From Octopus vulgaris (taxonomy: Eukaryota): DNA of 64,000 nucleotides. The notes under the pieces were generated by a model that did no database searches, was not told the DNA's origin, and saw only the letters and a list, made by a program, of their open reading frames with translations. This document shows positions 27,471 through 41,995 of the stretch, in pieces (the first letter of the stretch is position 1; each line of letters opens with the position of its first letter). The stretch spans positions 34,410,001-34,474,000 of the forward strand of contig OX597839.1 of assembly GCA_951406725.2 (NCBI GenBank), written 5' to 3'. The translations under genes and the position numbers were made by a program.

Positions 27471-29010
27471 AGAGGGTAAATATGGGAAAAATATAACTTT
27501 TCTTATATAAGAGGTAAAGGTTGGTGACAGGAAGGGCATCCAGTCATAGAAAATCTGACTCAACAAAAAAATTCCATCTGACTACTTTTATGCAAACATG
27601 GAAAAGGGAATATTAAATGATGATGATGTTGACTATGATGATAATGATGATGTCCACATTCAGAAAGATATAACCCATTAGCGCCCACGGTCCTTTTTTT
27701 TTTTTTAAAGACCAGAAGGATAATCTATCGTATTTCTGCAGCACCTGTATTTTTCTGAGATATCTTTAATTAGGCATCAAGACCGGAATATCTTTCATAT
27801 ATTGTAATTAAAGACTTTTTTTTATATATCTAGTATTAGATAAATTTGTATAAAAAAAGATTTTTGATAATAAATCAAATAAAAAAAATTTGGGGGCCCC
27901 AATGGCTTAATGGCTATTGTGTATACAGGGGGCAGCAGGAGTAACACCCTTTTTGCATTTAATAACTTTTCATTGTTTAATGTCCGTTCTCCATGCTAGC
28001 ATGGGTTGGACAGTTCGACCGGGGATCTGAGAAGCCAGAAGGCTGCACCAGGCTCCAGTCTGATCTGGCAGTGTTTCTACAGCTGGATGCCCTTCCTAAC
28101 ACCAACCACTCCGAGAGTGTAGTGGGTGCTTTTTATGTGCCACCTGCACAAGTGCCAGGCGAGGCTGGCAACGGCCATGATTGGATTGGTGCATTTTACG
28201 TGCCACCGGCACGGAAGCCAGTCAAGGCGGTGCTGGCATCGGCCCAAGCTGCGCTGGCATTGATAAATGTTTGTTAAGTAATTTTTTTTTTTTTTGGACA
28301 CAAATTTATTGGATTAATTAAAGAAATGAATAATAAACTAATGAGAAAAATCACAGAAGTTTTAGGAAATAAAAAAAAAAGAATCTCTATTACAAACTAG
28401 AAAACTTCTGCTGCACCCTGTGTCTTAGGTTCTGGAGCAGGCATTGTGGCACAACGGGGATGAAGTAGTTTAGTGAAAGATAGGTTATTAGCCCTGTGTC
28501 ATGAGTTCAACTCCACTGCAAACAGGTTTATATATTTGTTTTTACCACATGATTTTTTTAGCTCACCAAATCTGTCAAGAATAGCTGCCAAATCTTTCAG
28601 GAATTTAACCAATGTATATACATTGGCATTCTAGAAGAAATTTTATCTCTCATCCAGTGTAACTCCACAAAACTGGAACTAAGTGTAAGTTCCCTATAAG
28701 ATCCTAGGGACCCCAGAGAGAGAGAGAGAGAGGAGGGAGGAGAGAGAGACCTTTACACTTAATGGTGTATAGCAATTAGCTGGCACCAAATCAAGGGGGG
28801 AAAAAAAACTTGGCTTCAAGTTGAAAGATTGAAAGCATTTCACTAACTTGGCTGCTAATGCCCTTGGGGTCAGAAAAACATGTTACCGTTTGCCATTTCT
28901 CTGTTAATCTGTAGAATCAGTTCTGTGTCATAAACCGTTGAAACGGTTCTGAGTTCAGCTAAAAATAAAAATAAAATAAAAAGCACTTTTATTTATTTAT
29001 TTTGATACTA

Positions 29011-29415
29011 TACTCTTTTACTTGTTTCAGTCATTTGACTGAGGTCATGCTGGAGCACCGCCTTTAGTCGAGCAAATCAACCCCAGGGCTTATTCTTTGT
29101 AATCCTAGTACTTATTCTATCGGTCTCTTTTGCCGAACCACTGAGTTTCGGGAACGTAAACACACGAGCATTAGTTGTCAAGCAATGTTGTGGGGGACAA
29201 ACATATTCACACACATACATATATATATACACACACATATATATATATACATATATACGACGGGCTTCTTTCAGTTTCCGTCTACCAAATCCACTCACAA
29301 GGCTTTGGTCGGCCCAAGGCTATAGTAGAAGGCACTTGCCCAAGGTGCCACACAGTGGGACTGAACCCGGAACCATGTGGTTGGTAAGCAAGCTACTTAC
29401 CACACATCCACTCCT
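29011..29415 (-). mobile_element. SINE family A
   Basis: Reverse-orientation copy. Confidence 0.88.
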
Positions 29416-30234
29416 ACTATGTGAAACTATTTAAACTTTTTGTGGTATATCCTCAGTTGTGTTTCCCAGTGGTTAGTCCACATTACTTTGTAAGGAGCTT
29501 AGGGGCTGGTTTCCTGGTTTCTCTGGTGTCTCTCTCAGAGCTGTGGAGTCAGAAATGACTAAAGGGTAGCTGGAGTCAGAGTCAGTAAAATAAACCACAA
29601 TCACTTAATTACATAGAGGAGTCAGAGTCGAAGGTGCCAATGGTAGAGGGAGTCAGAGTTGGAGTCGAAGTGTTTTATTTCGTATCTACAGCCCTGGTAT
29701 ATATATTCCCTACTGGACAAGACACAGGTCTATTGCAGGATTACTCCTTTTGACCAGTTGGCCTGGAGCACCATGAAATGGAGTGTCTTGCTCAAGAACA
29801 CACCACAATTTTACAATTATGAGTCCAACACCCTAACCACTAACCCATGCACTTCCATTGTCCAGTCTATTTCTCTATGGTTAGGCCACATTGTGAAGGC
29901 TCATGGCTCAGTGGTTAGAGCGTTGAGCTTACGATTGTGAGGTTGTGAGTTTGATTCTCGGACCGAGCTGTGTGTTGTGTTCTTGGGCAAGGCACAGCTG
30001 GATGCCCTTCCTAATGCCAACCACTTTGAGAGTGTAGTGGGTGCTTTTACGTTCCACCAGCACAAGGGCCAGTCAGGCAGTTCTTGCAACGACCACGCTC
30101 AAAAGGTGTTTTTATGTGCCACCTACACAGGAGCCAGTCCGGTGGCACTGGCAATGACTACGCTCAAATATTGTTTTTCACGTGCCACTGGCACATGTGC
30201 TGGTATGGCGACACTGGCAACGATCATGGTCATA

Positions 30235-30322
<88 letters not shown>

Positions 30323-31696
30323 CACACACAGACATATACTTAGATACACACATACACATACATGATTAGCTTCCACAGTTCCCATCTACCACATCCACAC
30401 CCAAATCTTTGGACAGTCTGCGGCTATAGTAGAAGCCACATGTCCAAGTTGCCATACAGTGGGACTGAACCCAAAACCGCATGGTTCCAAATCAAGCATC
30501 TTAACCACACTGCCATACCTGCACCTAGTTATGATACTTACATAATTATAACAACAACAACAACAACATTTCCCATCTTTAGGGGTTAGTAGGTAATCAG
30601 GTATTTTCATTGTATTTTTAAACTGATGTTTATGTAAGCGTTTGGCTTACAAATGTTGTTCTTGTTGTTGTTTCTTGTTTGTTTTGCTTTTTTTTTTTTA
30701 ATTCTTCAAGAAATCATGTCTTAACATGGTCCTGCTTTTAGCCGTTCTATTCCCACGACCGTAATCTCAATACATGTCGTGACTTGCTGAATGAAATTTC
30801 TTCTGCTCTCGGCTCTCACTGCAAACAACAACAACAACAACAACAGCACAGTACTAATGTCATCAGTAACAGCAATGATGCGATTGCAATAACAACAATA
30901 ACTGTAGCGAAGCTTTAGCTTCGGTAACACTTTGGTCTTGGAATGGCTGTGAATTTCTATGAGACATGCTGTAATGAGAAATGGTTTCAATTCTTCTGTA
31001 TCTGGAATTTATGAGGTTATTCCGCTTGGCAGCCTCCACTGGCCCCTGTGTCGGTGGCATGTAAAAAGCACCCACTACACTCACAGAGTGGTTGGCGTTA
31101 GGGATGGCATCCAGCTGTAGAAACTCTGCCAGATCAGACTGGAGCCTGGCGCATCCTCCTGGCTTCCCAGACCCCAGTTGAACTGTCCAACCCATGCTAG
31201 CATGGAAAACGGATGTTAAACGATGATGATGATGATATATATGTATATAATATATATGCGTGGTCAATGTCAGTGCTGCCTGACTGGCTCCCATGCCGGT
31301 GGCACATAAAATGCACCATCCTAGAATGGTCAAAGCTAGTGCCACCTGACTGGCTCCTGTGCTGGTGGCACGTAAAAAGCACCATGCAAGCGTGATCGAT
31401 GCCTGGTTTCCGTGCCAGTGGCATGTAAAAAAGCACCATTCAAGCATGGTCATTGCCAGTGCTGCCTAACTAGCCCCCTCCCACCATGCCAGTAGCATGT
31501 AAAAAGCACCCACTACACTCTCAGAGTGGTTGGTGTTAGGAAGGGCATCCAGCTGTAAAAATCTTGCCAGATCAAATTGGAGCCTGGTGCAGCCTCCTGG
31601 CTTGCCAGTCCTCAGACAAACCATCCAACCCATACCAGCATGGGAAGCAGACGTTAAAAGAAGATGATGATACACACACACACACTATATGTTATA

Positions 31697-31746
<50 letters not shown>

Positions 31747-33160
31747 ACTACCCTGTGATGTGAAGGTGAGGAGACAGCCATACACACGCTCATACTTACA
31801 TATACATATATGTGTGTATGTATATATAACCAGTTTAAGTAGCAATAGAAAGGCTATGGGCCTGCTCCTCTTTGTTGCTCTATAGAAAAAACAAAATCTC
31901 ATCCTTTCCTTTCTAGAACTTCTTCCCTGTCCCCATTTTCCTCTAATGATTCAAATTTGATCAGCAACTTCATTCTACAAGAAAGGAGGGACAGAGGGGA
32001 GAAGAGTGTGAAAGAGGAGATGATGATGATGGTGGTGGTGTTGGTGATGATGATAGATGCAAGGGATAAGATATTAGATAGTGAAAGTGGGGGGTGGGGG
32101 TGAAAATGGTACCCATATACTTTTACAAGGCTTATGGGCACCAAACACTCCTCTTCTGACTAAATTTATTTAAAGACACACGACTTTTCCTCCTTAAACT
32201 TTCTTCATCTTGTTATCCCAACAAGATTATCTCTCTTAAATTTTATCACTTTTAAATTGAACTTAATACCTTTTCACGTCTAATCCCCCCTGCTTAACTT
32301 TCTCAAGTTAAGTCTATATAATCATTGACTCACCATGCCTCTCTGCCTTTAAAATGGCTCAAATTCTATGATCAGCAATTTGGATCCACTTCTAAATACC
32401 TTTCCATACTTTCTTGTTTGATAATATTTTTCCCTTCAGGAAGAAATTTTATTCTTTTACTTTTTATTTTGGAAAAATAAGTCTTTTTTAATCCTTTACT
32501 TTCATTATTTGCACCCATTTTATTCCCTTTCAACATCTAATATCTTATCCCTCACATCTGACATCATCATGTCTCTCTACCCTCTCTCGCCCGCCCTTCA
32601 TAGCACAGGTAACGGAAACATATAATTTTTTTCAGGTACTATTTTGTGATATTGTGTGTGTATGTATGTGTGTGTGTTGTTGTTGTTGTTGTTGCATTGC
32701 CTGTTCTGTTGCCTGCAAAAGATTTATGGCCTACAGGTACTTGAGGGAAAAAAAGAAAAAACTCAGCAGCGTAAATACTCCAGATGTGCTGTACTTTTAT
32801 TTCAGCTGTGATCATACTGTCTTTTAAATATATTGAATATCAGCCTTTAGTGTACAGTTGTGTGAAAGGCAATGAGGCAGTAATGTCACACTTCATTTAA
32901 TTACTATCCTTTTATGTGTGTGTGTGTATATACATATATAAAGGTATAAAAAGTCAGGAGGTTATGGTTTATGCACTCCTCCTGAAATAATCTCATTGAT
33001 CGGATCTTCTGGATTTCAGCTGGATGGATGCTCTATATTACACTCCTTTGTATTGGATTAGTATGTGGTCTGATAGCCATGTGCATTAGAAGAGCTTTCT
33101 GTGGTAGCCACACTATTTTATGTATCCACAACTTATACTATTCATATATAATGTGTGTAT

Positions 33161-33363
33161 AAAATGTGACCGCGTGTGTACCGTTGGCGATTTTTTTCCT
33201 CTGTCTTCCCTTCTCTGGATCTTTCCTTCTCCTATGTTTCCGACGAAGAGCTCCGCTCGAAACGTTAAACCCTCCTTCTTTCCTTCTTTCTTTAGCGTCC
33301 AATAATACTATATCTGTTCCACGTCCTCGCGTTGTGTTTTTTTGTGCTTTCTTGTTTGGATTA
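33161..33363 (+). mobile_element. Penelope-like terminal-repeat fragment with hammerhead-like motif (33236-33270)
   Basis: GTTT-CCGACGA-A-GAG-ctccg-CTC-GAAAC-GTT-AAAC. Followed by (TA)n; a second copy lies at 44826-45027. Confidence 0.65.
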
Positions 33364-33436
<73 letters not shown>

Positions 33437-33489
33437 TGCTTTGCTGGCTATGTGTGCAATGTCAGTGTGCATGTTCGACAGAGTGTAAG

Positions 33490-34025
33490 CATCTTGAGAG
33501 AAAAGTTAGGCTTAAGAGGCATCAGATGTGGTGTGCAAGAGAGACGACTGTGTTGGTATGGTCATGTGATGCATATGGACGAGGACAGCTGTGTAAATAA
33601 GTGCCAATCTCTAACTGTGGAGTGAACCTGTGGTAGAGATAGACCCAGGAAGACATGGGACGAGTTGGTTGAGCATGATCTTCAAACTTTGAGCCTCACA
33701 GAGGCAATGACTAATGACCAGATCTTTGGTGATATGCTGTGCTTGAGAAGAACCATCAAGCCAAGTGAAATCATAGTCGTGTTAACTGGTACCTGTGCTG
33801 GTGGTACGTAAAGGACACCTTTCAAGCATTGGTCCTCACAGAGGCAAAGTGGCTGAGTTCCTTTTGAGTGTTGGGCCTCACAGAGGCAATGACCAAGACA
33901 TTTGGCATTATATCGTGCTTGAGAAGATCCATCAAGCTGAGCAAAATTGCAATCATGGCAGATACCGGTGTCACCTAAATTGGTACCCATGCCGGTGGCA
34001 TGTAAAAGCACCCCAGTGTCACGGA
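33490..34025 (+). mobile_element. Degenerate RTE-clade LINE ORF2 C-terminus running into family C sequence
   Basis: Translates LREKLGLRGIRCGVQERRLCWYGHVMHMDEDSCV...GRDRPRKTW (RLRW.GH and GRP..TW RTE motifs), with a stop codon. Confidence 0.8.
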
Positions 34026-34743
34026 AATGGCACCTGTAAGGAAAAGAACAGTCTGAAAGGGGCACGTATTTGGACAAAACTTTATGGCACCCTATTCAAA
34101 AGAGCATGTCTTTTTTGTATGTATGTATGTATGTATCAGGGCTGTGGATTCGAAACAAAAACTTTGACTCCAACCCTGACTCCTCTACTATTGGCACCTC
34201 CAACTCCATGACTCCGATTCTACAGCCCTTGTATGTATGTATGTCATTGTTATCATCCTCATCATCATCGTTATAACATTTGCCTCTCTAATTACGTAAT
34301 TGTTTTGTTCGTCTTGTTGTGTAGTGTATACAATCCCATAACTGGTTTGGTATTTAGATTTCAAGAAAATGAAAATTGTGTTCGTTAAGAATATTTATTC
34401 AGTTAAAATACTCTTATGTCACAAAAAGACAATGATTTTCAACATCTTTAATATAATTATTGATGCTTATAATTAATTAAATGTTTTAATCTCATTTGGT
34501 AACCTACCCACAAATCAGAAAGCGGAGAATAAAATGTATTGTATGAAGTAATGGGTACTTCCTTTCTCAATTTTACTTCAACTTTTTCAAGAACCACATA
34601 AGAAATTATTTATTTTCGTGTTTGGTTTGCCAAACTGCTAAGTTATAGGGATGTAAACACACCAACATCGGTTGTCAAGTGGGGGGGGGTCAAACACAAA
34701 TACAAAGACACACATATATACATATATATATATATATATATAT

Positions 34744-34783
<40 letters not shown>

Positions 34784-35531
34784 TACATATATATATACAT
34801 ATATGTTTGACTAATCATTTAGTCAATCGATCAATCAGATCTGTTATTGATGAGGACAAACCCAGCTGATTTAGCAAGTGTTTGAACAACTAAACAAACA
34901 ATCGATAAATGTTAACAAATTGACTAGTAATAAGTTCCAATGAAGGACAGTGGATTGGCAGAATAGAACCAGTGCATGTGTTTATTAGCATAATGACTCT
35001 TCCAAAATACAATACAACAAATTTTGTATGCGTTGCAATTATTTTTAGTTTTTAGCAAATTAAACATAATTTATAAGCAAACATTTGTTTTATTTTTATC
35101 CCCTGGCCTTAACTAAATTATAATCCGTTAAAAATTGCTAATTTTTCTCCTAAATACCAAAATAAAGGACTGCAGTTCTACTAGTTTTGAGGATGTTGTG
35201 GTTATACAACATAAGTTTAGTGACACAAACAGGAAAATAGAATGCAAAACATTAGGATAGTCTTTTATTCTTTTACTTGTTTCAGACACACATACATATA
35301 TATGACGGGCTTCTTTCAGTTTCCGTCTACCAAATCCACTCACAAGGCATAGCAGAAGACACTTGCCCAAGATGCCAAGCAGTGGGACTGAACCCGGAAC
35401 CATGTGGTTCGTTAGCAAGCTACTTACTACACAGCCACTCCTGTATATATTTATATATATGTATATATTTATTTATTTATATATTTATATATATTTATAT
35501 TTATATATTTATATACATTTCTATATGTTTA

Positions 35532-35607
<76 letters not shown>

Positions 35608-35769
35608 AGATAAGAAAATGGAGAAATACATCTAAATCAAATATCAATTACCAGATAATACTCAATCACATACTTTATTAAACCACCACATAAGAGACTG
35701 TAGGGTTAAACATAAAAAAGCAGAACAAATCAGTGTACATAAAGGAATGTACATAAAAGAGTAATGTTG

Positions 35770-35824
<55 letters not shown>

Positions 35825-37067
35825 GTGTTTATATATGCATACGCACATACAGACATGGATAGATTGATTGATAGATAGGAGCAATAAGTATGGTAGGGAT
35901 TGATCAATTAGGAATGTTCCTCTCGTTAATTGTCCTCACTGTGTAGAGATGATGAAAAGTTGAAGCTGTTTCATCTCCTCTTAGTTCACTGGAGTGTGAC
36001 TTCAACTCTGTTCAGGACATGCTCAGTCTAGCACCAGTTCTGTATCTGGGTTTAACCCTTGAAACCGGCGGGCGTCATCATCATCATCATTTGCTGGCGT
36101 GGGTTGAACAGCTTGACAGGAGCCTGTAAGCCCAGGGGCCGCACAAGGTTCCGTAGTCTGTTTTGGCTTGGTTTCTACAGCTGGATGCCTGCCCTTCCTA
36201 ATGTGAACCACTCCACAGAGTGTAAAGGATAAGGGCTCCCTCATCGGTCATGAATGACCATGGGATTGCACCCAGAAAGTTGCCCTCTGAGGCAGAAGTC
36301 TGGACAAGGCTGTTTATGGAAGACCAGCAGTCACCCTGGCATACAAAGAACACAACACACAGCCCGGTCCAGGAATCGAACTCACTACTTCATGACTCTG
36401 AGCCATGCAGAGTGTACTAGATGCTTTTTATGTGACACCATCACCAGTGTTTCCTAAGTGGCACCAGCCCTAGAGCTTAAATATTCCAACTGCTTTATGT
36501 TCAAACTACCCAGATTTGGCCTTTCACGCCTACCCTACCATGTCATTCTAAAAAGAACAATCACATTACTGGAATCTCAAAGCTACGAGATAAGCCATGA
36601 TTAATTAAAAAATACTGTAAATAAATAAGCCATCACATCCAACAGAGCAGTCTGAATGCTAAGGGGTTAAAAGGACCATTTTCCACTCTAGATATTATCC
36701 TTGTAGTTAGTTTCTGCAAAGGAGTAAGGACAGGCGTTACACACCAATCTTTGATTAATTTTACTCTTTTTAATCAATGTAGTGTCTTGTTTCTGCCTTA
36801 TTAAGTGTATTGAACTGATTCAGCATACAGGGTGGGCATGGTGAGCAGGGAATGGAAGCAAAACAATTCAGCATTCTGGACTTCTGTTGTTATGTTTGCT
36901 TGAGCAGTTCACAGATACGGTTAGAATCTTTACCACCTGTAGTAGCCATGGTCTATTGGCTATCACAACTTTCATTTTGCTCTAAAGCTTTATATGTGTG
37001 TGTGTGTGTGTGTATATATATTTATATATAGATAGATAGATAGATATAGACAGACATATATAGATTG

Positions 37068-37099
<32 letters not shown>

Positions 37100-37147
37100 A
37101 TATATTTATATATAGATAGATATAGACAGACAGACATATATAGATTG

Positions 37148-37193
<46 letters not shown>

Positions 37194-37306
37194 TTATATA
37201 TAGATAGATATAGACAGACAGACATATAGATTGATATATATATATATATGTGTGTGTGTGTGTATATTTATATATAGATAGATAGATATAGACAGACAAA
37301 TCATAA

Positions 37307-37347
<41 letters not shown>

Positions 37348-37383
37348 TGCAGATTGATAAAGAGAAATATAGATAAATATACA

Positions 37384-37424
<41 letters not shown>

Positions 37425-37599
37425 TGGTGAGTTACATAGATAGACGTAGATGTGCTCTAATTTTTGTGTAGTGAATATAAATATATATTTTTGCATCAAT
37501 GTTAAGTTGTAAGGGATTATATCACTTATTTATTAAAAGCAAAAATCAAAGACCTTTATCTTACGTGCCTCCAGATATTTGTCTGTACATGATTGCTGT

Positions 37600-37715
37600 C
37601 CATTGGTCCTATATATATATCTATGGTAACTGGGCAATCGTGGAGTCAGCAGAGCTTGTACTTTGTTCTGTTGACTGATAACATAGCAACGATGTTTCAG
37701 AGCTTGATTGTAAGC
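37600..37715 (+). promoter_or_regulatory. Candidate alternative promoter (reverse CCAAT, X-box-like motifs, mini first exon)
   Basis: ATTGG at 37602; CTATGGTAAC and GTAACTGGGCAAT at 37621-37638; GATAACATAGCAAC at 37677-37690. Then ATG 37692 encoding MFQSLI|gtaagc (phase 0). Confidence 0.35.
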
Positions 37716-38582
37716 TGTAACATTTTCACATATGATGCCTAATCCTCTATAGTATTACATATATATAATATATATAATATAATATAATATATATAGTTGA
37801 TGACGATGATAATGATGTACTTTAATAATAAGTAGATTTGCTTTTTTTTTTTTAAAGGTTTAGTAATAAATTCATTGATGGTTGAACCGAAATTTACTGA
37901 GTGCAACACTATTCAATTCAGTATTTTGATCTGATTGAACCGTTTGTTTTCTTGGTGGATTCTTATATAAATAAGAACTCATTCACACGTCAGAACATCT
38001 TTGATTGGAACCGTCCATTGTTTGAACCAGGTTTTAGTTTGTTTTGGGGTTGTTTATTTTTATTTTTTAACCAGCTGAGAGCTTTACAAAGTGGATATAT
38101 ATATTTCTGAGAAATATTGTCCAAATCCAAAGATTGGAAGCATCCAAATAATTTACTTGTCTCAGCTCAAGGAGACACGGGTTCAATCCCTTCAGGCAGC
38201 CTTCAACCTTTTTTTTATCCAAAAGGGGTCTTCAACTTAATATTTATCTACTGCTATTATTTATAACTTTGTGTCTGCCTCAAGATATACTCTTCCAAAT
38301 ATAATATCATTTTGCTACTCAAGCCTTGAAGATATACAGAAATATGTCTTAAAAATTTAAGACAGTGGCTTAAGTCTACACTGAGGAATTCTGTAATTTC
38401 ATAGCAGTTATTATTGGTTATTGTTAGTTTTTATCATCATCATCATCATCGTCGTCATCATTATGATTTCATTTTAGTGCATTTCACACTGAAATGAGAA
38501 ATAAATTAGACATTTTAGTATCGTTATTATTATTATTTTCTTGTTGAAAAAAGAAAGTCCATTTGCAAATTAATCGTCATAG

Positions 38583-38837
38583 ATACACTTAAGGGTGGCA
38601 ATGAGTACCTCTAACCAAAGCAATCAGTGTTCCACAAAAAGCTCGCCAAGTTCTACTCATCGGAAGACGCCGAATATTACTGAGTCCCCGAGAGGTGAAA
38701 TCTCCTCTGCTGCTACAGAATCCGCTGCTTTTGCTACGGAGCCCCTCTCAGAAAAGCCTCCGCAGGCTGGAGTAGTTTCCGAAGGATTTGTCAAACAAAG
38801 AATTTCAAAAGCAAGTATTAATCAAATTATTTATAAT
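38583..38837 (+). CDS. Candidate alternative or cassette exon, Ser/Thr/Pro-rich
   Basis: Acceptor tcatag|38583 is in frame with ATG 38601 (MSTSNQSNQCSTKSSPSS...KQRISK). A GC-richer island in AT-rich flanks. Two phase-0 donors: aaa|gcaagt (38811, GC type) and aat|gttagt (38838). Confidence 0.5.
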
Positions 38838-40372
38838 GTTAGTTTCATTTAATTTAATTCGTTAAAAAAATTTATTTGATGTTATTTGGTAAATTAATTG
38901 GTGTTAGTGAACCAAACAAAATGTGTTGTGGTATTTAGTTACATTCTTTTTGTTTTGCTTTTTTTTTTTTTTTTTGGAGATGGGGTGTGTGTGTGTGTGA
39001 GTTCAAATCTCAACTTGATCTTCTTTGCCTTTCATCTCCATGGGACCGATGAGGACGCAAATATCAGTTATTTTAGTTGACTATATACCATGTCCCCAAT
39101 AAACATGGGCCAATGTACCTTGTGGCCAATTAAAGAAAATATCATCACCATCATCATCACCATCATCATCATCAGCAATCATTGTTACTTGAGCTATCTA
39201 TGGTTGATATGTTTTATGAGTTCATGAATCTTGGAAAATTTTGGATCACTTTTTTTTGTTTTTTGTCATGTTTATGTGAACTCATTACTAAGATAAGTCA
39301 CAAGTCTATTCTTGGGAGTTTCCCCCTGTTTGGAGAAGAAAAAGTTTTTACATTTTGGTACCCTTTTTTTTTTTTTCGTCTCAATGATTTTTGATAACAT
39401 GTCTAAGAAGCATGGCAATCTGCAACAGATGTGTCTTGCAAGTTGTTTGAATTTCCCCAAAAATATCGAATTTCTTTACAAATTGAATATTTTTACTGTG
39501 TATGTATGGACCCATTACATAGAAGAGGTGGAACTTTTTTCCCCCTCTCTTTGAAAGGAAAGGAATCCTTAATATCTTTATATACATATATATAATATAT
39601 ATATATATATATCATCATCATCATCATCTTCATCATCGTTCAACATCCGCTTTCCATGCTAGCATGGGTTGGAAAATTTGACTGAGGTCTGGCAAACCAG
39701 ATGGCTGCACCAGACTCCAATCTGATCTGGCAGAGTTTCTACAGCTAGATGCCCTTCCTAATGCCAACCACTCCAAGAGTGTAGCATATATATATATATA
39801 TATATTCTTTTCTTAAACAATTTTCGAAATATTTGAATATTTGTAAATATTGTCACCGCATTGGTGGTAGTAAGAGGAGGAGGCTCAAACAAAGGTGGAA
39901 GTAAGAGGAGGCTCAAACAAAGGTGGAAGTAATATTTATGACCCTGTAAGTACTAGAGTTGATTCTTTCAACTAACCCCTTCAAGACAGTACCCCCAGAA
40001 TAGCTGCAATCCAATGGCTGAAAAATGTAAATTAACAAAGTCAAAAAATATGCAAAACAAAAAATAAAAGAATATTACAATTGTGCTGACAGGTATTTGC
40101 ATTTTCACACCTTACATGAAATTCACAAATTTTTATATATTTTCAGAACAAACATAAGAATGCAAGTGTATGATGTAGGGGTGTTAATAAAGGAGTTTTT
40201 GTTTTTATTGTTTATTGTTGGCAAAAGGGCAGCAAGCTTAGACCCCTTCCCTCCCAAATTTTCATGGCCCTGTGCCTTGGGTAGAAATGATTATTTATTA
40301 TAAAATATAATGTGCCTTGAATGGCACAACAGTGCACCTTAATAATAACTGTTATAATTTAATTATCCACAT

Positions 40373-40768
40373 AGGCGCAGGAGTGGCTGTGTGGTAAGTA
40401 GCTTGCTTACCAACCACATGGTTCCGGGTTCAGTCCCACTGCGTGGCACTTTGGGCAAGTGTCTTCTACTATAGCCTCAGGCCGACCAAAGCCTTGTGAG
40501 TGGATTTGGGAGACGGAAACTGAAAGAAGCCCATCGTATATATGTATATATGTGTGCGTGTATGTTTGTGTGTCTGTGTTTGTCCCCCCACCATCGCTTG
40601 ACAACTGATGCTGGTGTGTTTATGTCCCCGTCACTTAGCGGTTCGGCAAAAGAGACTGATAAGAATAAGTCCCAGGGTCGAGTTGCTCGACTAAAGGCGG
40701 TGCTCCAGCATGGCCGCAGTCAACTGACTGAAACAAGTAAAAAGAGTAAAAAAAGAGTAAAGAGAGTC
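40373..40768 (+). mobile_element. SINE family A, full length
   Basis: Same structure, with a small internal deletion. Confidence 0.9.
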
Positions 40769-41591
40769 TGATATGATAATATTATTTCGGAATATAAAAA
40801 TTCCTTCTTCAGATATCGCTAGGAATTGATCGAGTCACTGCTATTATCGGTTTTCTAAGGGTTACTGAATTTTTTTTTTCCGCAAGTGTCTCTGCAGTGG
40901 TTTCATGAAGCTCCTTCCAGAATTCCTAATAAGAAGTGCATGAGAGCGGCCGTGTCTCAAGTTCATGTGTTTACAATATATTGTTTCCATAATCCTGTTT
41001 TTAATATTTGTATTAAAACTAAGGTGGCAAGCTGGGAGAAACATTAGCATACTGGGAAAATGCTTAGTAGCACTTCATCTGTCTTCATGTTCTGAGTTCA
41101 AATTCCACCAAGGCTAAGTTTGCCTTTCATCCTTTCAGGGTTGATGAAATATGTACCAGTTAAACACTGGGGTCAGTGTAATTGACTTATCCCCTGTGCC
41201 CTAAATTGCTGGCCTTGTGGCAAAATTTGAAACCAATATTTGTATTAAGCTAAAGTTGTGAGCTGGCAGAATCATCTTCATCATCATTCAGCATCTATTT
41301 CCCATGCTGGTATGGTTTGGACGGTTTGACAGGAGCCGGCAAGCCAGAGGGCTGCACCAGGCCCCAGCCATCTGTTTTGACATTGTTTCTACAGTTGGAT
41401 GCCCTTCCTAATCACTTTACAACATATACCAGGTGCTTTTACATGGCACCAACACAAGTACTTTTCTATGTGACGCTGGCAAGGGAACTCTTTACGTGGT
41501 GCCACCATGAATGCATTGTACATGGTGCAGGCACAGGTGTTTTTTACCTGGCACTGGCATGACAACAAGCTAAATTACAAACCTTTATTAC

Positions 41592-41995
41592 TGTTTTACT
41601 TGTTTCAGTCATTTGACTGCGGCCATGCTGGAGCACCACCTTTTAGTCGAGCAAATCGACCCCGGGACTTATTCTTTGTAAGCCCAGTACTTATTCTATC
41701 GGTCTCTTTTGCCGAAACGCTAAGTGACGGGGACGTAAACACACCAGCATCGGTTGTCAAGCAATGCTAGGGGGACAAACACAGACACACAAACACATAC
41801 ACACACACATATATATATATATACATATATACGACAGGCTTCTTTCAGTTTCCGTCTACCAAATCCACTCACAAGGCATTGGTCGGCCCGAGGCTATAGC
41901 AGAAGACACTCGCCCAAGGTGCCACGCAGTGGGACTGAACCCGGAACCATGTGGTTGGTTAGCAAGCTACTTACCACACAGCCACTCCTGCGCCT
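41592..41995 (-). mobile_element. SINE family A, full length
   Basis: Inverted relative to 40373-40768. Confidence 0.9.
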
